Source of the DNA: Hydrolagus affinis
Taxonomy: Eukaryota
Direction of reading: 5' to 3'
Length of the DNA stretch: 57,759 nucleotides
Assembly (NCBI GenBank): GCA_012026655.1
Contig: JAAILG010002115.1
Coordinates: forward strand, 1-57,759
Shown: positions 12,401 to 27,400 of the stretch, in pieces
How the letters are laid out: the number at the start of each line of letters is the position of its first letter
Position numbering within the stretch: position 1 is the first letter of the stretch
Program-made: the position numbers and the translations under genes
Notes under the pieces: model-generated
Databases searched by the model: none
What the model was told of the DNA's origin: nothing
What the model saw: the letters and a program-made list of their open reading frames with translations, nothing else

Positions 12401-15400
12401 TTCTACCTTTTCGTCCCATTCCTCGGTTGGCATTGTGAAAATATCTGTGACTGCAGTACAGCAATAATGATCCTTGCATTTGATATAGTTCTTATGACAT
12501 CGTTGAGATGTCTCAAAGTGCAGCAGCCAATTGTACACAAACATTTGTGGATTGAAGTGACCACTTTTTTCTAAGGGATTATTACCCCCAGAAAGCAATC
12601 CGCTAATCGACTAATAACCAGGTTTCTACTTACTGCTATGCAAAGAGAGGCATATGGATTAAGAATACTTGCCTAAGGTTTCGCTCTGCCCAGGAATCGA
12701 ACCCTGGTCTTCCCGTTTGTGAGGCGAGTGCTCTAACTAATATACTACAACAATGTTCAGCAAATCAAATCCAAACATGTACTGTATAGCTGAGGATGAG
12801 ACAATTCCATCAAATTTTATTTCAAATTGGAACATAAAAGGTATAATTTCATCACAGTTCTGAAGAATGATGATTCCTTTGAAGTAGTCGTATTTTAAAT
12901 TTCACATCGCCAGAGGGCATGCAGCTGTACGTTATTATGCTGGAATGAAAAGAAACAAACCAAAGGTGTTTTGTTTTGAAGTTAATTTTCTATCAACTTT
13001 CTCTCCTCTGCAAATGCCCCCATTCTCTTTGAGCTGAGTGAGCAAGAAAGTCAGTGACTTGATTGATTGGTTAGTTGTTTGACTGGATTCAACATTTTTA
13101 AAAATACATTGCTTCTGGTGGAAAAGTCTTTACACACAATGGCAACTTATTCCTCATAAATCTGGGGTACGAGAAATATAAGCTCTCACTACAGTGCATA
13201 TTGCACCTTTGTACCATATCACCCAACATTGAGGGCAGAATGTCAGTTTGCTCTTCCTAATACTGTACTGTACTCAGTGGATAGAATCGTAGTGCCTTTG
13301 CTAAGACAGTTGCAATTATCTACTGCGATACGTTGTATGTTTCTCTAAAGAAGAAGGTTGTTATAGTAAATGCTCCAAGCTTGTGTAAGAACTGACACAG
13401 TCCGGTAATAAACCCGAGAAGGCAGCTTCCTGGAGCAATTCAGTTGACATAATATGAAATAAAAATGTCATGTGTAATTTTCTTTCTTTTTGTTACCCAC
13501 AATGGAAGTGATAAAGGGGGTAAATTGAGGCATCTTTTTTTTTACAACATGTCCAAAAGCGGTAAATTTTTGAAAATAAAATCAGTTGTATAACTGGATC
13601 TAAATGACTGGGTGTTGACCCAAAAATATAAGAACATAAGAATTAGGAGCAGGAGTAGGCCATTCGGCCTTTCGAGCCTGCTCCGCCATTCAATAAGATC
13701 ATGGGTGATCTTCTCACCTAACTCTAATTACCTGCCCTATCTGCTTCCACTTCCCATTCAGACCTTCTGCTATGCTGCATTCTGATCAGGTATCTACTTG
13801 CGTAAACCTTTGGCTTAAGTCAAACATGCTTGATATAGAGACAACTCAGAATTGCTTAAGATTTAATCAGTCTGTGGTACCATTGCACAAGGTGCAGATG
13901 ATGAATTCCGTATCAGGGATTCAAGTTGAATAACAATGATAGAGAATTCATTTGATGTTGTAAGTTATATAAAGATTAAATAAAAGGTCATTCACTTCAT
14001 TGGTATTTGTCGGACATTTCTGTGTGCAATGTAGCTGCCATATTTCCCTGCAAATATACAGTCACTACACTTTGTAGAAAAACTCTGTGAAGCGCATTGA
14101 TACGTTTCAACATGAACAAAATGAATTGCAAGGAGTAAGGTTTTAAAACAAACTCATTTTTGTTCTTGATATATCTGAGCATAAATTATATCCTACTGTA
14201 GTTGACTAAAATCTCCTCAGCAATTATTAGATGATGGCAATTGAACTTTCCATCAAAGCTTATTAAGCTTTGTCTGCACATCAGTGGTGTGCGAGAACTA
14301 CAAGCTTTATAACTTGGACACTGCATCATTACTGGAAGATGACAGATTCAACCACTGCGTTGCTTACTCCAAGTAGCTGTCAGGATCACATAGGACCTGG
14401 ATATTTTAGACAGTGGTGGATGATACAATACTGTATTTTAGTGATTTCTACTGTTTACTTATGAATGGAAACTACCTGTTGAAATCACATTACTCAGGAC
14501 ATTGATGTTCACAATAACATGTTACAATTAACATAGCTCAGCTGAGTTAGAAGGTTCAAGATCCACATCAGATCTTTAAACTCATAGGTTTTGTGTATGA
14601 TTGGTGAACTGGTAACATTGAAATTGTAATTGGCATTGGCCACTTATGCATGTGCACAACCATCCTTCAGCTCCCCATTTCTTCCCAGGATAGAAATCAG
14701 ATTGCGAATTATAAGTGAAAGTTGTAGTATTCCTCAAATGTTCCTTAAATTAATGAGAGTGCTGATTTAAGGAACAGTTAGAGAATATTGCAAGTTTTCC
14801 TCCTGTAATTCAAGCAAAAAGTTCAATCCTCTGAATTCAGTCAGCAGTGCAAAACAATACATTGATAAATTGGCAGATTTGCCATGCAGGATAATCCATC
14901 AACGTTTGCTGAACAGACAGTCCAAGAAGATGTCTTTAAATACAATTGAAATCCTAGAGGAAGTAATTATAACTTGCTGCCTACTTTTCTTTTGTCTCAT
15001 GCAGATACTGTCAGAAAAATAAAAGCTTCTCCATCTGCAGCAGAACAAATGTCTCAGAAACTGAAGCACACACATGAGTTTACTGTTCTGGTTACACTGA
15101 AGCAAACTCCCTACAATTCAGGTGTCATTCTGTCAATTCATCACTCTGATGATAGGTAAGTGACTTCGATGGTGTTTTAGCTAAAAGCTTGCATTTTGCA
15201 TTTATTCTTAGTGCAGTAAAATTGCACTTACAATTTACCAAAACTGCTGTTTGATTGCTAAAAAACATTTAAAATGCTGGAAAATTACAAAATGAGTCAA
15301 ACATTGCCTTTGCAAAAAATGTTATCCTTTAAACCATCCTGCATACAGTGATGACTTACCACTTGTACTACACATGAAGACGTTCAGAGAGCAGAACACA

Positions 15401-18400
15401 ATACACTGACAAAGGATGACTTATTATCTGAATTTGGAAGCGAAGGTGGCAACAGATATAAGAGGGTTCAGAGAAAAGAAATGAAAGCTGGAAAGTATCA
15501 CATCCACATCTTCTGGTTCTTATAGGTTTTCTTTATCAAGTAAATTGATCATTAAAGTGTTTCACATGTTAGTAAATAGTAAAATAAGAAAGTACAAATC
15601 AGTTCCATTCGTCATGTAACAATTAGGAATATTTCGACAAATAATATTAACACAAAAACATTCATTACACTGTAGCTTTTCGCTGATGCTCTAATTGCTG
15701 TATTTTTGGTCAGTTGCAAGTCTTGATTTATCACAATGTTTCAGTATACCCGAACCAGATAGAGTTTCACAAATGCATGCCATGAATCCAAATAAATTTT
15801 CCAGGGAATGGAATGTGCACTCCCCTGTCGAGACACACTGGCTTACCTAATTTTACACTCGGCTTTCTTTGACTTAGCTACTACATTGTTATGCTTTACA
15901 GACACATCAATAGACACATTAGCACGAGAAACATTAGTGTCCATCAGTGCATGTAAATCCATATTCATTAGACATTTCATTTACATGATTTGTAAAATAT
16001 CCCTGTACAATATTGCAAATCCCTACAGGAAGCACTGGAGAAACTAATTCCAAGCATAAAATCATACTTAAGTCATTTGATCTCCATTTGGTTTGGGGGG
16101 AAATCTTAGAATTTTCTTTATTCAACCATTGTGCCTTTTTGAATATTTTCTAAATATCTATTACAATAATAATCTTTGCATTTGATATAGTGCTTTTCAT
16201 GCCTTTTAGACGTCACTAAGTGCTTCTTGGAATATACTGCAAAGTGAATTGACTGTATATTTGTGGGAGAAATGCAGCAGAGAATTTTACATAGCAGTGT
16301 CCCATAAACAATCATGGATTAATTGAACAAATTATTATTGTTTTTTTAAGGATTATTATGTGATCCACCAATCCACTAACAACCGTGTTCCTACTTACTG
16401 TTAGGTAACCAGGGCATTCGGAGTAAGGAAACTTGCCCAACATTTCACCCTGCTAGGAATTGAACCCAGATCTTGCTTGCGAGGCGAGTGCTCTAACCAC
16501 TGAGCTACAGTACTCCATTATATGGTCATTTAGATGACAAAAAAAATTATTTGCCCATTAGATCCCTAAAATTTCCACCGTCATTGTGTCTGTGGGACTT
16601 ATTGCGTGTCACTCAATAATATTATTTCCTCTTTAACCAGTCAAATCATAGATTTGTTTATCTACGTATTGAATGTACTATGGAACATTCAATACGTAGG
16701 AGCATATGCAACAAAACCACAACTGACCCATGGACCATACTTCAAACATTAAAAGTTACACAGTATGTGTAAATATTCAGGCAAAATCTTTCGGTTTCGA
16801 GAGAATTCTCAATATAGCTGTCTAGTTTTTCTCTGTATCTTCAAGCAATAATTCAAGCAGAACAATTCCATTATATCAATACTGTGATTTGCAGTTCATA
16901 CTTTGGTCAATAAAGCTCAATATTAAAAGATGGTGCTTCCCCAATATTACATTACAAATGGAATCGCTCTGAGATTTGTAATGAAATATGCTAATCCTTG
17001 CGTTTGATATAGTACCTTGTCACTTCAAAATGTCTCAAAGCGCTTCACCGAATATACTGAGAGTGAATTGGCCGTATATTTTGAGGGCAAAACATTGGGG
17101 AAGCACTTAAAGCAAGCACACAGCTTGTTTCCAGCTGGATCTGCCGTCACCTTTATATAATATTTTGTAATCTTGTGTACCACGACTAATGCTGTTGGGA
17201 CCTGCTTTCCCTGTAACAATTGCACAGGAGGTAGCCTGTATCATTTGTGGTGTGTACTCATGAGTTGGAAAATACTTTGAACTAGGTTCTGTGTTTATCG
17301 AATACATGCACTGTTCTACACAATCTACCAGTATCATGTTAACCTTTGTAATGCTGCACAAGGCCTTTTGAAATACACCAGATGATAGTTTATGATGGTC
17401 AAATTGCAGAATAATAGTACAAAGAAATATGTTTAGCTTTTGTTTGTTTTCATTATAGCAAATGAATGTATGTTATTCTGTTATTTTGTTAGCCCTGAAG
17501 TTGGAGTACCAGAATAATTATATTTCAGATGAATATGACATGTTGATACCATTGCTGGGGTTTCACACAGCATTCTATGTGTGAAATTCATATACAGTAG
17601 CAACAAAAGTATGAATAGCAAAAGCAACAAATGCTTCTCTAATTAATGTGAAAGGTGCTATATTAATGTAAATTTGTAATTAATGGATATATTACTGAGG
17701 AATTTGAACAGTGTCCGTATTGAGAATGTTGTTTTGTTTTAGGTACCTGGAGCTGGAGAGCAGTGGCCATCGGAATGAAGTACGTTTTCATTATCAGTAT
17801 TGGTGGCATCAGTCCCGCACAGAAGTGTTTCCGTATGCTTTGGCTGATGGTCAATGGCATCGAGTAGCCTTGGCTGTTAGTGCATCGCATGTAGTTTTAT
17901 ACGTGGACTGCAACAAGTAAGTAGAAACAGTAACTATTACAACGGAGAGCTGTTACAGTTATTAGAATGCACTACCTGAAAGCATGGTGGAAGCAGATTT
18001 GATAGTAGTTTTCAAAAGGGAAAATTAGATAGGAAAAATTTGTGGGATTATGGGGTAAGAGCAGGGGGGTTGGTATAGTTGGATAACTCTCAAAGAGCCA
18101 GCACAGGCACGATGGCAGGATGGCCTCTTCTGTACTGTCAGATACTATGATTCTATGATTTTAAGATAGAATTAGTCAAGAGCCTGGAAATGAAAAGGAT
18201 TCAGGAGTATTAGGTAATGAGACATACCTGCTGAAAAAAGTATTCAGGGAAATTAGATGGATAGGCTATATGGGCCAACAGTCTGCTACTATTACTATGT
18301 TTCTAGCTTACTGGATGAGAAATTAGAAATAATAATGTGGATAGCCAGGGATGTGATTAGATTATGTATTGTTGGGTTGACATGCCATACCTGATGAGGA

Positions 18401-21400
18401 CAGTTACTATTATTAATTGAAAAGATTATTTTTAACTAATTCAAGTTTAGTTGCAACTTAATTTTCACTACCCCAAATAAGAAATGAATGTCTTGTCATT
18501 TGTGAAGTGAGTTTGGACAGTCTCAACTGAGATCCCAGTGGTTGTGGGCAGTTAGTACACAGTTGCCGTAATTCAACCATGTCACTCACAAAATATTGAA
18601 AGGATGATTCTCTGAAGGTCTGTGACTATACCAACAATGAAGCTTGAGAGTATTTTGTTCTCCACTGGTCCATAATTTATAGGCATTGGGAGTATGAGAT
18701 TATGATTGGACTTTCATGGAGATTCTTACTACTTCTTGCCATGTGGACCAACAGGGAATATACAGTCAATTCACTTTACAGTACATTCTATGAAGCGCTC
18801 GGAGACGTCTAGAAGACGTGAAAAGTGCAATATTAAAATGCAAGGATTATTCACATGCTCCCGCACAATCATACCTTCACTCTGGCAACTGTATCTGGTA
18901 GGCAGCTGTCAGAGCGTCAAGTCACAGCATTCCCCCATACTAGTTCTTCTTTGGATGCAAAGATCTCTGGTTCCATAAAATAGGCCTTTGTATTCTGCTG
19001 CTATATTGCTAAATGTCTGTCTGCCCTATTTGAAACTTATACCCACCGGGTTATGAGATCATTATGTGCTTCACTTAGTTACTTAAAGCTTCTGAAATGT
19101 GGGCAGCGTTGAGCTGCTCAGTGGAACATTTTGACTTAGTGCTCAGTAGTCCGGCACTTTACCACCCACTTTCTGCCTTAATAGTCCCCAGTGAATGACA
19201 TGAGAATAATTCCCTACCACACTGCTGTAGAAAAAAAACCCAAAGGAGCCTATTGTTTTCAATGAATCTAAATGTTGAGTTTGTAAAGAACCTCCCACTG
19301 AGAACAAAATTGTTCTTGAGGCAAGTGAATGTTATTATATGCCAATGTTGCGATTATAGCATACAGTCAAGCATGTCTTATGGCAGTGTTGGTGATGGAG
19401 CACTGATAAGGTTCAAGCAAGCATTTTAATCCACGCAAGAGGACATGTTCGATCTTAAAATACCCGGGAATAAACATTATTAGGGAGAAATTCCCCCTGG
19501 GGCTAGCAATTCAGAGCATCCAGAATTTGGAAAATTCTTAAACACATTCCTAATTTCAAAGTGGTGTACAGTATCTGTAAATTATTTCAACAAGAAAGTA
19601 CTATTTACACAAATTGAGTAAATCTTAACCCAGGTGGAATTTTCCCCGCATGTATTCATTAATGTACAAATATAAACCAGGCATTTGAATTCTCCATGTA
19701 AATTCATGTTTCACTATTGAATTTGTATTGTGAAATAGGCTAACCTTTAGCCTAAAACAGCCACCTTGTTCCTATTTCAAATATTATATTTGTTTAGAGT
19801 TTTAAAAGTTTGGATACAATGAAATGTAGATTGCAGGTCACTAAATGAGTGTTGGAAAATGTTATTGTGCATTCACTATATGAACTCCGTGAACTGCTTT
19901 TGATTCATTTCAATCCACCCCAATAGAGACTCTTGCATCCCGAAAAATTTATTCTGCCAACCAAGAAGCTCACTGGGTTTTGACTACATCTCCACCAATT
20001 AATAGTTTGCATCTTTGCTTATAGGATTTACGAACGTGTTATTGAAAGGCCTTACATGGACATTCCAACTGGCTCAGCACTTTGGTTGGGACAAAGAAAC
20101 AATGTTCATGGTCTTTTCAAGGTGAGCCAAGTGCAGAAATAATACAGCTCTTTTATTCTATCTAAAGCGATTCTGAAACAGGTTTCATTAGTGAATAGCA
20201 AGGAGAACTCACTTAATGCCTCCCAAGAAGGAAAAGCAGTAGTTAATCTGAATACTGCATATGAATTTTGCGTAGTCTTCTTATTCCCCAAATCAATTTA
20301 GAAAATAACATTTTTCATCTTATAGCAAATGTGAAAAGAACTACACTGTATTATAGTCAGCCTTGGTTTAGTCATGCAGTTTTATAGAACTAATGATTAT
20401 CCTAAATGCAGGCTTTTGATACATCTCGAAGACGTGATAAGGCGCTAGATCAAATGCAAGTGATATTATTATTAACATTAAGTCCACACCCAATCGTGGA
20501 GTCCTGGAGTTCAGTGATTAGAGAACTCACTTTACAAGTGAGAGACCTGAGTTCAATTCTAGGTAGAGCGAAACCTTGGGCAAATTTCCTTATTCCACAT
20601 GCCTGATAATAATCTCTCAAAATAAAACAATAATAAATTGGTCATTTCAATCCACGATTGTTTGTGGGACACTGCTTTGCTCAATTGGCTGCTGAGTTTT
20701 GCCCACATACATTCAGTCAATTCACCTTACAGTATATTCTGTGAAGCACTTTGAGACGTCTCCAAAAATATGTGAAAAGCGTTAATATAAAATGCAAGGA
20801 TTATTATTATTATTACTATCGAGTGCCTTTCACGTCGGGAGGACGTCACAAGGACATATTGAAGCAAATGTAATAATAGTTTTCTGCTGAAAAATTCAAT
20901 TGAAAGCCATTCAACTGGTTCAAACTAGACATGATTAATTTCAATGGAAGCAACTGATTGTGAAATTAACTGAAATGAATGCAGGAAGTGACTGTTCAAG
21001 GTTAGTACCTCGAGCAGCGAGAACTGAAATAATCGTCTTGACTCAAAGCTTAATTCTTCTCTAAAGCAAGGCATCTTCACAAGCGGAGTTATCTCATGCT
21101 CTAGCTCCTGCTGTGACATTTGGGAGTTATTCTGTCATCTCTTTGTCATATCTTGCGGATTATATGAACCTTTGTGGAAACTTTTGGACAACATCAATAG
21201 CAAACCATGGGGTGAAATTAACAGCATTTCAGAAAGTATTGAATCACAAATATGTTGTGAAACACCACTAACCTCACCCTGTGAGTGAACAGAGGGTGTG
21301 AAGGTAGTCTTCACACATTTTAAAACAGCTTCAAGGTTCAGTTGCCTTAAGAAACTGCTCAGACAGACAGACATTGTAACTCTAACAGTTTACAATGGCA

Positions 21401-24400
21401 TCAGATCCCTCTGCTGCAATACAGCCTTGTATAACACTCTTACTGTAATTGATCCAATATGTAATTAACACCTGTTAATTTATTTTGTAATGTTCCAAAT
21501 TTAAAATATCACTTTGATGCAGTGTTAGCCTCCAGTGATTTACACTTATGATAACAACAACAACATTACATTTTGTAGAGCTCCTTTCACGTAGGGAGGA
21601 CGTCCCAAGGCGCTGAACAGTCAGGTAGGGACCCAAGCAAGGGAAAGGGGCAGGATAGAGTGGAGGGGCGGGAGAGAATTAAGAAGGGTGGGAGAGAGTA
21701 GGGAGGGCAGTAGAAGGCATGATCGAAGAGGAGGTTCTTGAAGGAGGTGAGGGAGGAAGTGAGGCAAAGGGACTACGGGATAGAGTTCCAGAGTGTGGTG
21801 GCAGAGAGAACTGAAAGCCCGTCCACCGATGGTAGGGCAGGTCTGACGGGGGACATGGAGCAGACCAGAGTCCGCTGAATCGCAAAAACCTGAGCGCTTG
21901 TATTGTTGTTTCTTTTCTGCACATGAGCCACAGTTTCTAGTGTACTTTTCTAGGTGAAGAAACCAAAGCAACAAAAAAGTATTGTTGTAAGCTGAAGAGA
22001 ACCACAGGACTGAAGATTTTTATTGTGGGTGTTTACTAATGGAATTTTTTTCTTTCCACAGGGTGTCATGGAGGATGTTAAGATACTTGTGATGCCACAG
22101 GGATATATTACTCAATGCCCAGATCTCAATCGAAGTACGTTTCATTTTGACATTGTGTTAATTGTTGTAAGTTTGAAAGAAAATCTTGATAATTGAAATT
22201 TAAATATTGAAATGCATATTTTACAGCAAATGCATGATTGTCAATGTACCTGGCAATCCACTAGCCATATGACTTTGATGAGAAGAAACAACATGGGATC
22301 TGACCTTAAGAACTGGATGATATATATGAATCTACCTATTAATATATTACAGTATATATTATATACAGGTAGACGTTACTTCGGTCAATGTTGTTTCGTT
22401 ATTACGTTGCTGAAACATAGGGGAACATATATTCATTTAAGGTTGCGACGTTCGCTAATACGTCGTTCGCGCAGGTGGAAACGAACTACTTTGCGTGGGT
22501 TTGCTTGACGTTGTTTCACTTAAAGTTTCACCTTTCACGAACACAACTATAGTATAGAATACCCCGCCCCAACCACAGTTTTTTCTAATTTCACTTATCC
22601 ACGGTTGACTCGCTATGACAACCCTTGCTAACCACGGCAATGGTTATTGCTTAACCGTTGCTTATCAACCAGCCACGATGTCACTTCGAACTAGCATTTA
22701 GCACTAGGTCCCAGTTGCAATGTCGCAATCAACCACCGACGATGTCGCTTCTCTCTTAGGATTAAGGTAAATAACATGAATTTATTGTGTCCGCATCCGT
22801 GTCACTCACCACACCACCTTCTACGTTGATTTTTCTCTCTCTCTCTCTGTGTAGATCAGTCAGTCAGTCAGACAGCCTCGCGGCTTGCTGCAGATCCTGG
22901 CAGCCAAATGCGCCCAAACTTATTCCCCCTATCTCCATGTTTCTCATAGGGCCCTGTAGTTTCCAACCGCGGTTTTACCAACCGCAGAGGCTTTCAGGAA
23001 CGTATCCCCCGCAGTTGGGGAGGGGTACCTGTAATAATAATAATAATCCTTGCATTTGATATAGAGTATTATTAGGCATGTGGAGTAAGGAAACTTGCCC
23101 AAGGTTTTGCTCTGATCTGCCTGGATTCGAACACAAGTTTCATGCTTGTAAGACGAGTGCTCTAACCCCTGAGTTACAGGAGCTTAACTGCAACATTACG
23201 CGAGGAATAACTGTATTAATCCTTGCCGGTCTCCACAGCTTCATTATTAATTAGATTATATTCGAAACACAGCCACCCATGACCTTCCCTATACCAGGCT
23301 CCGCACTCCCATCACTCCAGTTCTCGCCAGGCTCTCCACTGGCTGCCTGTTGCACAATGCGTGAAACTCAAGATCCTTAACCATGCTTTCGACCATGTTT
23401 AGCCACCCCCCAATTCTGGTTCAGTAAATTGCTATGAAGCATTCCGAAACGCTGCCCATGCAAAAATGCAAGTTGGTGTTCTGGATGTTGTATTAAAGAG
23501 ACTTTTAAAATGCTGAACTGTTTGTGGTTAGAACAGTTCAATATTGTGAAGCATTATCATCGTAAGGAAGTTATGTATAACTTCTCAACATTCATATTTT
23601 AAATCTCAAGTTTTTTTTATCATTCTAGCCTGTCCAACCTGCAATGATTTCCATGGGCTTGTACAAAAGATTATGGAACTCCAAGATATTTTAGCCAAGA
23701 CATCAGGAAAGGTATTTGTTCATATAGATTTTATATATATATACAGTATATTATACATACCCCAGCTCAGGTCTGAAACACTGACAGTCCAATGCCTTAT
23801 GATATGACAGGCATTATACAAGTGTAATTTGTTGTTGTTGTTATTATATATGGAAGGATTCTCTTGCTAATGCAATAAATATAAATTTTTTCGATAGCAA
23901 ATTAATTCTGGATGAATTAAAATAGTGTTTGTACATTAAAGAATGAGTTTCGTAGAATTAATTCAGAATATGACGTATAGTATATCCTGAGTTTGCTTAT
24001 AGGATCAGCAACAAATCTGTTTGGGTAAACAATGTGCAACCACATAAAGGCCACTTTGGTCCAGTCCCCTGAGAGGTTGTTGAAGACAGGTTTGGCTGGA
24101 TGTAATTAACAACCATGTTAATGTTGGTAAATTGGTTTGATATATGCACCCTAACCATCTTTGAATTAATAAAACAGAAAGTTATGTTCATTACATTAGT
24201 CTGGATATTGCATTAAAGTTAAATCAAGTTTGAATGCAAGATTTCCCCTCATACCAATAACATATAATTTCCAAAAAAAGTGACACATATGCTGTATATA
24301 GTTTCAAAATGAAGCGAATCTGACTATAACACCTACACCATATATTGAAATGTTCACACAGCTCTCTTATGCTGAAGGAAAAATGAACAAGTTGGACCAG

Positions 24401-27400
24401 TGTTACTGTGAGAAGAGCTGTAAAGTGAATAATGTAATCTACAGAGAGTCAGAGACCTGGACAGATGGCTGCAGAAGTTGTACATGCAAGGTACGCAACA
24501 CTGCCCATTCTACAGTGGTGACTACCGTGCAAGACTTTGATCTCAGTTTTGCTGATTTATTTTATTTACTGTATCAAGATTTCTAAACAGTGGGATTCAG
24601 TTTCCCTGAACTGCAACAATGAGGTTGAATGGGTAATTGACATAAGATGGTTACTTGCAATTTCCAAATCTCACCAAAATCAAACAGAAAAGGGTGCACT
24701 GCAAACCCATTGGTTTGTTCAGTTCCTCGACCAAATTGGACATTTTGCAAATACCCACAAGTAGAACAACAACACATGTCTGTAATTAACACTTTCTTGT
24801 GAATGTCATATTAGATAATAATATTCAATATCACTGCACTCTGCATCAACCCTGAACAAATTTATACACTTAATCTTCCAATTTAACTATAATAATAATC
24901 CTTGCATTTGATATAGTGCTTTTCACATCTTATTAATGTCTCAAAATGCTTCACAGAATATACTGTATTATACTGGGGGCGGTGGGAGGGGAAAGAAAAC
25001 TTGGATGCTAAAATATATCAAAGAATAAAGAACAACTTTCAAAGCATTCTATATTATGTGTGTGGCGTTAGTTACAGTAATGAAGTCCTAGATAAGACTT
25101 ATGTGGAGGAAATATTATCCTTTATACCTCATTTACTGAGCAGCGATAATTTGTTATCTCTGCTAACAGTCGGTAAATTTGAAGTTGTAACAGGATTTAT
25201 ATTTCCCATTTCAAGTTTCCTCTTGCCGGCTGAGGAGAACGGTGTGCAAAGCTCCACTAACTGGCACTGAATACTGCTTGGTTATTTAATGTTATCAAAC
25301 AACTGGTCTTCTTGCTTTGAAGACGGAAGAACTAGGGGAATAGGATTTTAAAAAACTGCATTGTAAATAGTGAAACATCACCAAGAGGAAACCACATTTT
25401 TACGTGAGCTGGTTAGAAAGTTGTTTAACTTGAAATAAAAGCTGGGGAGATATGAGAAGTAAATTGTGCACTGAAAACGTAGTGTTAATTTGACTGTTCT
25501 TGTAGTTGTTAAAGATTGTATGACACTATTCCAGTACAGTAGGCAGTTTCTGAGGAGGGACCTCCAGGCTCAAGAGGCAGCACAGAGGAGAGCAATCAGG
25601 ACAATCCCCAGCAGGGCAGAAATGAGTTATGAACAATGACTAGACAAGCTAGGGCTGTTCAGTCTTGAACAGAGTCATCTCAGAGGGGACCTAATAGAGG
25701 TTATGATTTTAAATCAGATTGAGAAAATAAACCGAAAACTGTATTCTCAGGTGCACTGAAAATCTAAACAAGATGGTATAGGTTGCTAAAGGCAATTTTA
25801 GGATGGACACCAGAAAGTATTTCTTCACCTAGAGGTTAATTAATGATTGAAATAAGTTACCAGGAGAGTGGTTGAGCACAAAATATTGGACTTGTTTCTT
25901 TTAAAATGGCTGACGCTGTGTTGGAAGGACTGTAGGGTGGATATTCTTGACAGATGAGATCAAAGATGTACCAAAAGGCCTTCTTTATCCAAACCAATCT
26001 TATAATCTTGTGAACAATTCTTCAGAGAAACTGGTCATTCAGTTGATGACTTTCCATGGGGCCTTGGTATGTGTAAAATAGGCTACTACAATTACAGAGT
26101 CATTATATTTGACAGCAATTACCTGTAATGGTGCTCTGGGCTACTACCCTGCATGAGAGGCACTACACAGATGCAAGTTGCTGTTAAAAATGCTTTGAGA
26201 CATTTTGACATTATCGGCATTAAATAAAATGTGATTGCGGATGATTACATCCTTTTAAAAAAAATTATAATTCCATTTAATAATAATCCTTACATTTGAT
26301 ATAGCGCTTTTCACATCTTCTAGACGTCTCAAAGCGCTTCACAGAATATACTGTAAAGTGAATTGACTGTATTTTTGTGGGCAAAACACGGCAGCCAATT
26401 GCGCACAGCAATGACCCACAAACAGGGATTGAAATGACCAAGTTATTATTGTTTTTTATTTTTGAGCGATTATTATCAGGCGTGTGGAGTAATTTTGTCC
26501 CAATGAAATAGACCCTGTGTTTTAACCACTAAACTAAACTTACAATTTATACCCATTCATTTCTCTCTTACCAAGACAACAACAATTAGATGCATTTTTA
26601 ATGCATTTACAATTAGATGCAGTGTAGGATTGTCGGTAGCCACAGTTTAGTTTAAAACTAATCTACAGCAAATATGATTTATTTCAGAATTAAATCCAGA
26701 TAAATATATTTTCTATGAATATCCAATCATATTTTATGACCAGTGCTGCACACAAAAGCTCCTCTGCAGTGCTCTCAGTGACATGAAGCCAAATGTACAC
26801 GAGACTTAAAGCAAGTGGGGTGTGTGTAAAGTCCTGTCGAATTTCTAGTGGTGAATTATGTATCGGTGTCAAAATCTAACAAAAGGTTGTTTTCACTGTA
26901 AGTAACACTACAAAGGTTACTTTTGAAAACACCAAGAAAGCAGATTGAAAGGACACAGGTTTAGAGTTGCAAAGGACAGTAAAAAGTATTTTTTCCCCAG
27001 AGGATAATTAGCAAGCAGGATAAGGTTACCACGAATTGTGTTTGAGGATACAATGCTGGATTAATTTAAAAACAAAGCTTGTTACTGCGATGGGAGAAAA
27101 GGCGAGTCCCCCAATTGTCCTTCCTCCCCCACTTCCGGTCCCTCACCAGATCGCCTTCTACTACTTCCGCCGGATCGCCAGTCTCCGGCAATACCTCACC
27201 CCAAAAGCCGCTGAAACCTTGGTCCATGCCTTTGTCACCTCTCGGCTGGACTCCTGCAATGCCCTCCTCACCAGTCTCCCCGCCACCACAATCCACAAAA
27301 TCCAGCTAATTCAAAACTCTGCCGCCCGCATACTCAGCCGCACCAAGCTTCGCTCCCCCATTACCCCAGTCCTTGCCAGACTTCACTGGCTCCCTGTCCC

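Noticed and set aside
16662-16699. pre-miRNA
   Set aside because: The stem is only 15 bp and pairing does not extend into the flanks.
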